DNA from: Pristiophorus japonicus
Lineage: Eukaryota
Direction of reading: 5' to 3'
Length of the DNA stretch: 64,000 bases
NCBI RefSeq assembly: GCF_044704955.1
Contig: NC_091999.1
Coordinates: forward strand, 61,380,001 to 61,444,000
In this document: positions 63,958-64,000 of the stretch, piece by piece
Layout: every line of letters begins with the position of its first letter
How positions within the stretch are numbered: position 1 is the first letter of the stretch
The notes under the pieces: model-generated
Seen by the model: the letters and a program-made list of their open reading frames with translations, nothing else
The model's database searches: none
Told to the model about the DNA's origin: nothing
Made by a program: the position numbers and the translations under genes

Positions 63958-64000
63958 CTTCACGAGAAGGCATTTTATTGACATTGCTTGCAAAATAAGT

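Overview
Eukaryotic, repeat-rich vertebrate DNA, most likely from a cartilaginous fish (shark-type IgM constant exons, Deu-domain SINEs, CR1 LINEs, GPR139-like GPCR). From left to right: a 54-bp satellite (1-3970); a decaying tandem array of [tRNA-Asp, tRNA-Ser, DeuSINE fragment, tRNA-Leu] units with CR1 insertions (about 3971-15990); a long CR1 (15990-19208); a heavily deleted LTR retrovirus-like element with an F-protein-like env (19209-23042); a CR1 relic; an intact two-exon GPR139/142-like GPCR gene (minus strand, 25781-28552); minisatellites and a 2.2-kb GA tract; a second env-bearing ERV with both LTRs (31695-38564) next to the 5' end of a third; and a pseudogenised IgM heavy-chain C region (minus strand; CH2, CH3, CH4-secretory). 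The IgM tailpiece is split by an 18.4-kb insertion made of a CR1 that itself carries a head-to-tail array of Tx1-clade retrotransposons, all at one 16-bp CR1 site. The best candidate novel systems are (i) a Tx1 family that appears to target CR1 LINEs site-specifically and (ii) two divergent ERV families with furin-cleaved F-like (lokiretrovirus-type) envelopes. All calls are by eye, boundaries are approximate unless a junction is quoted, and no searches were run.
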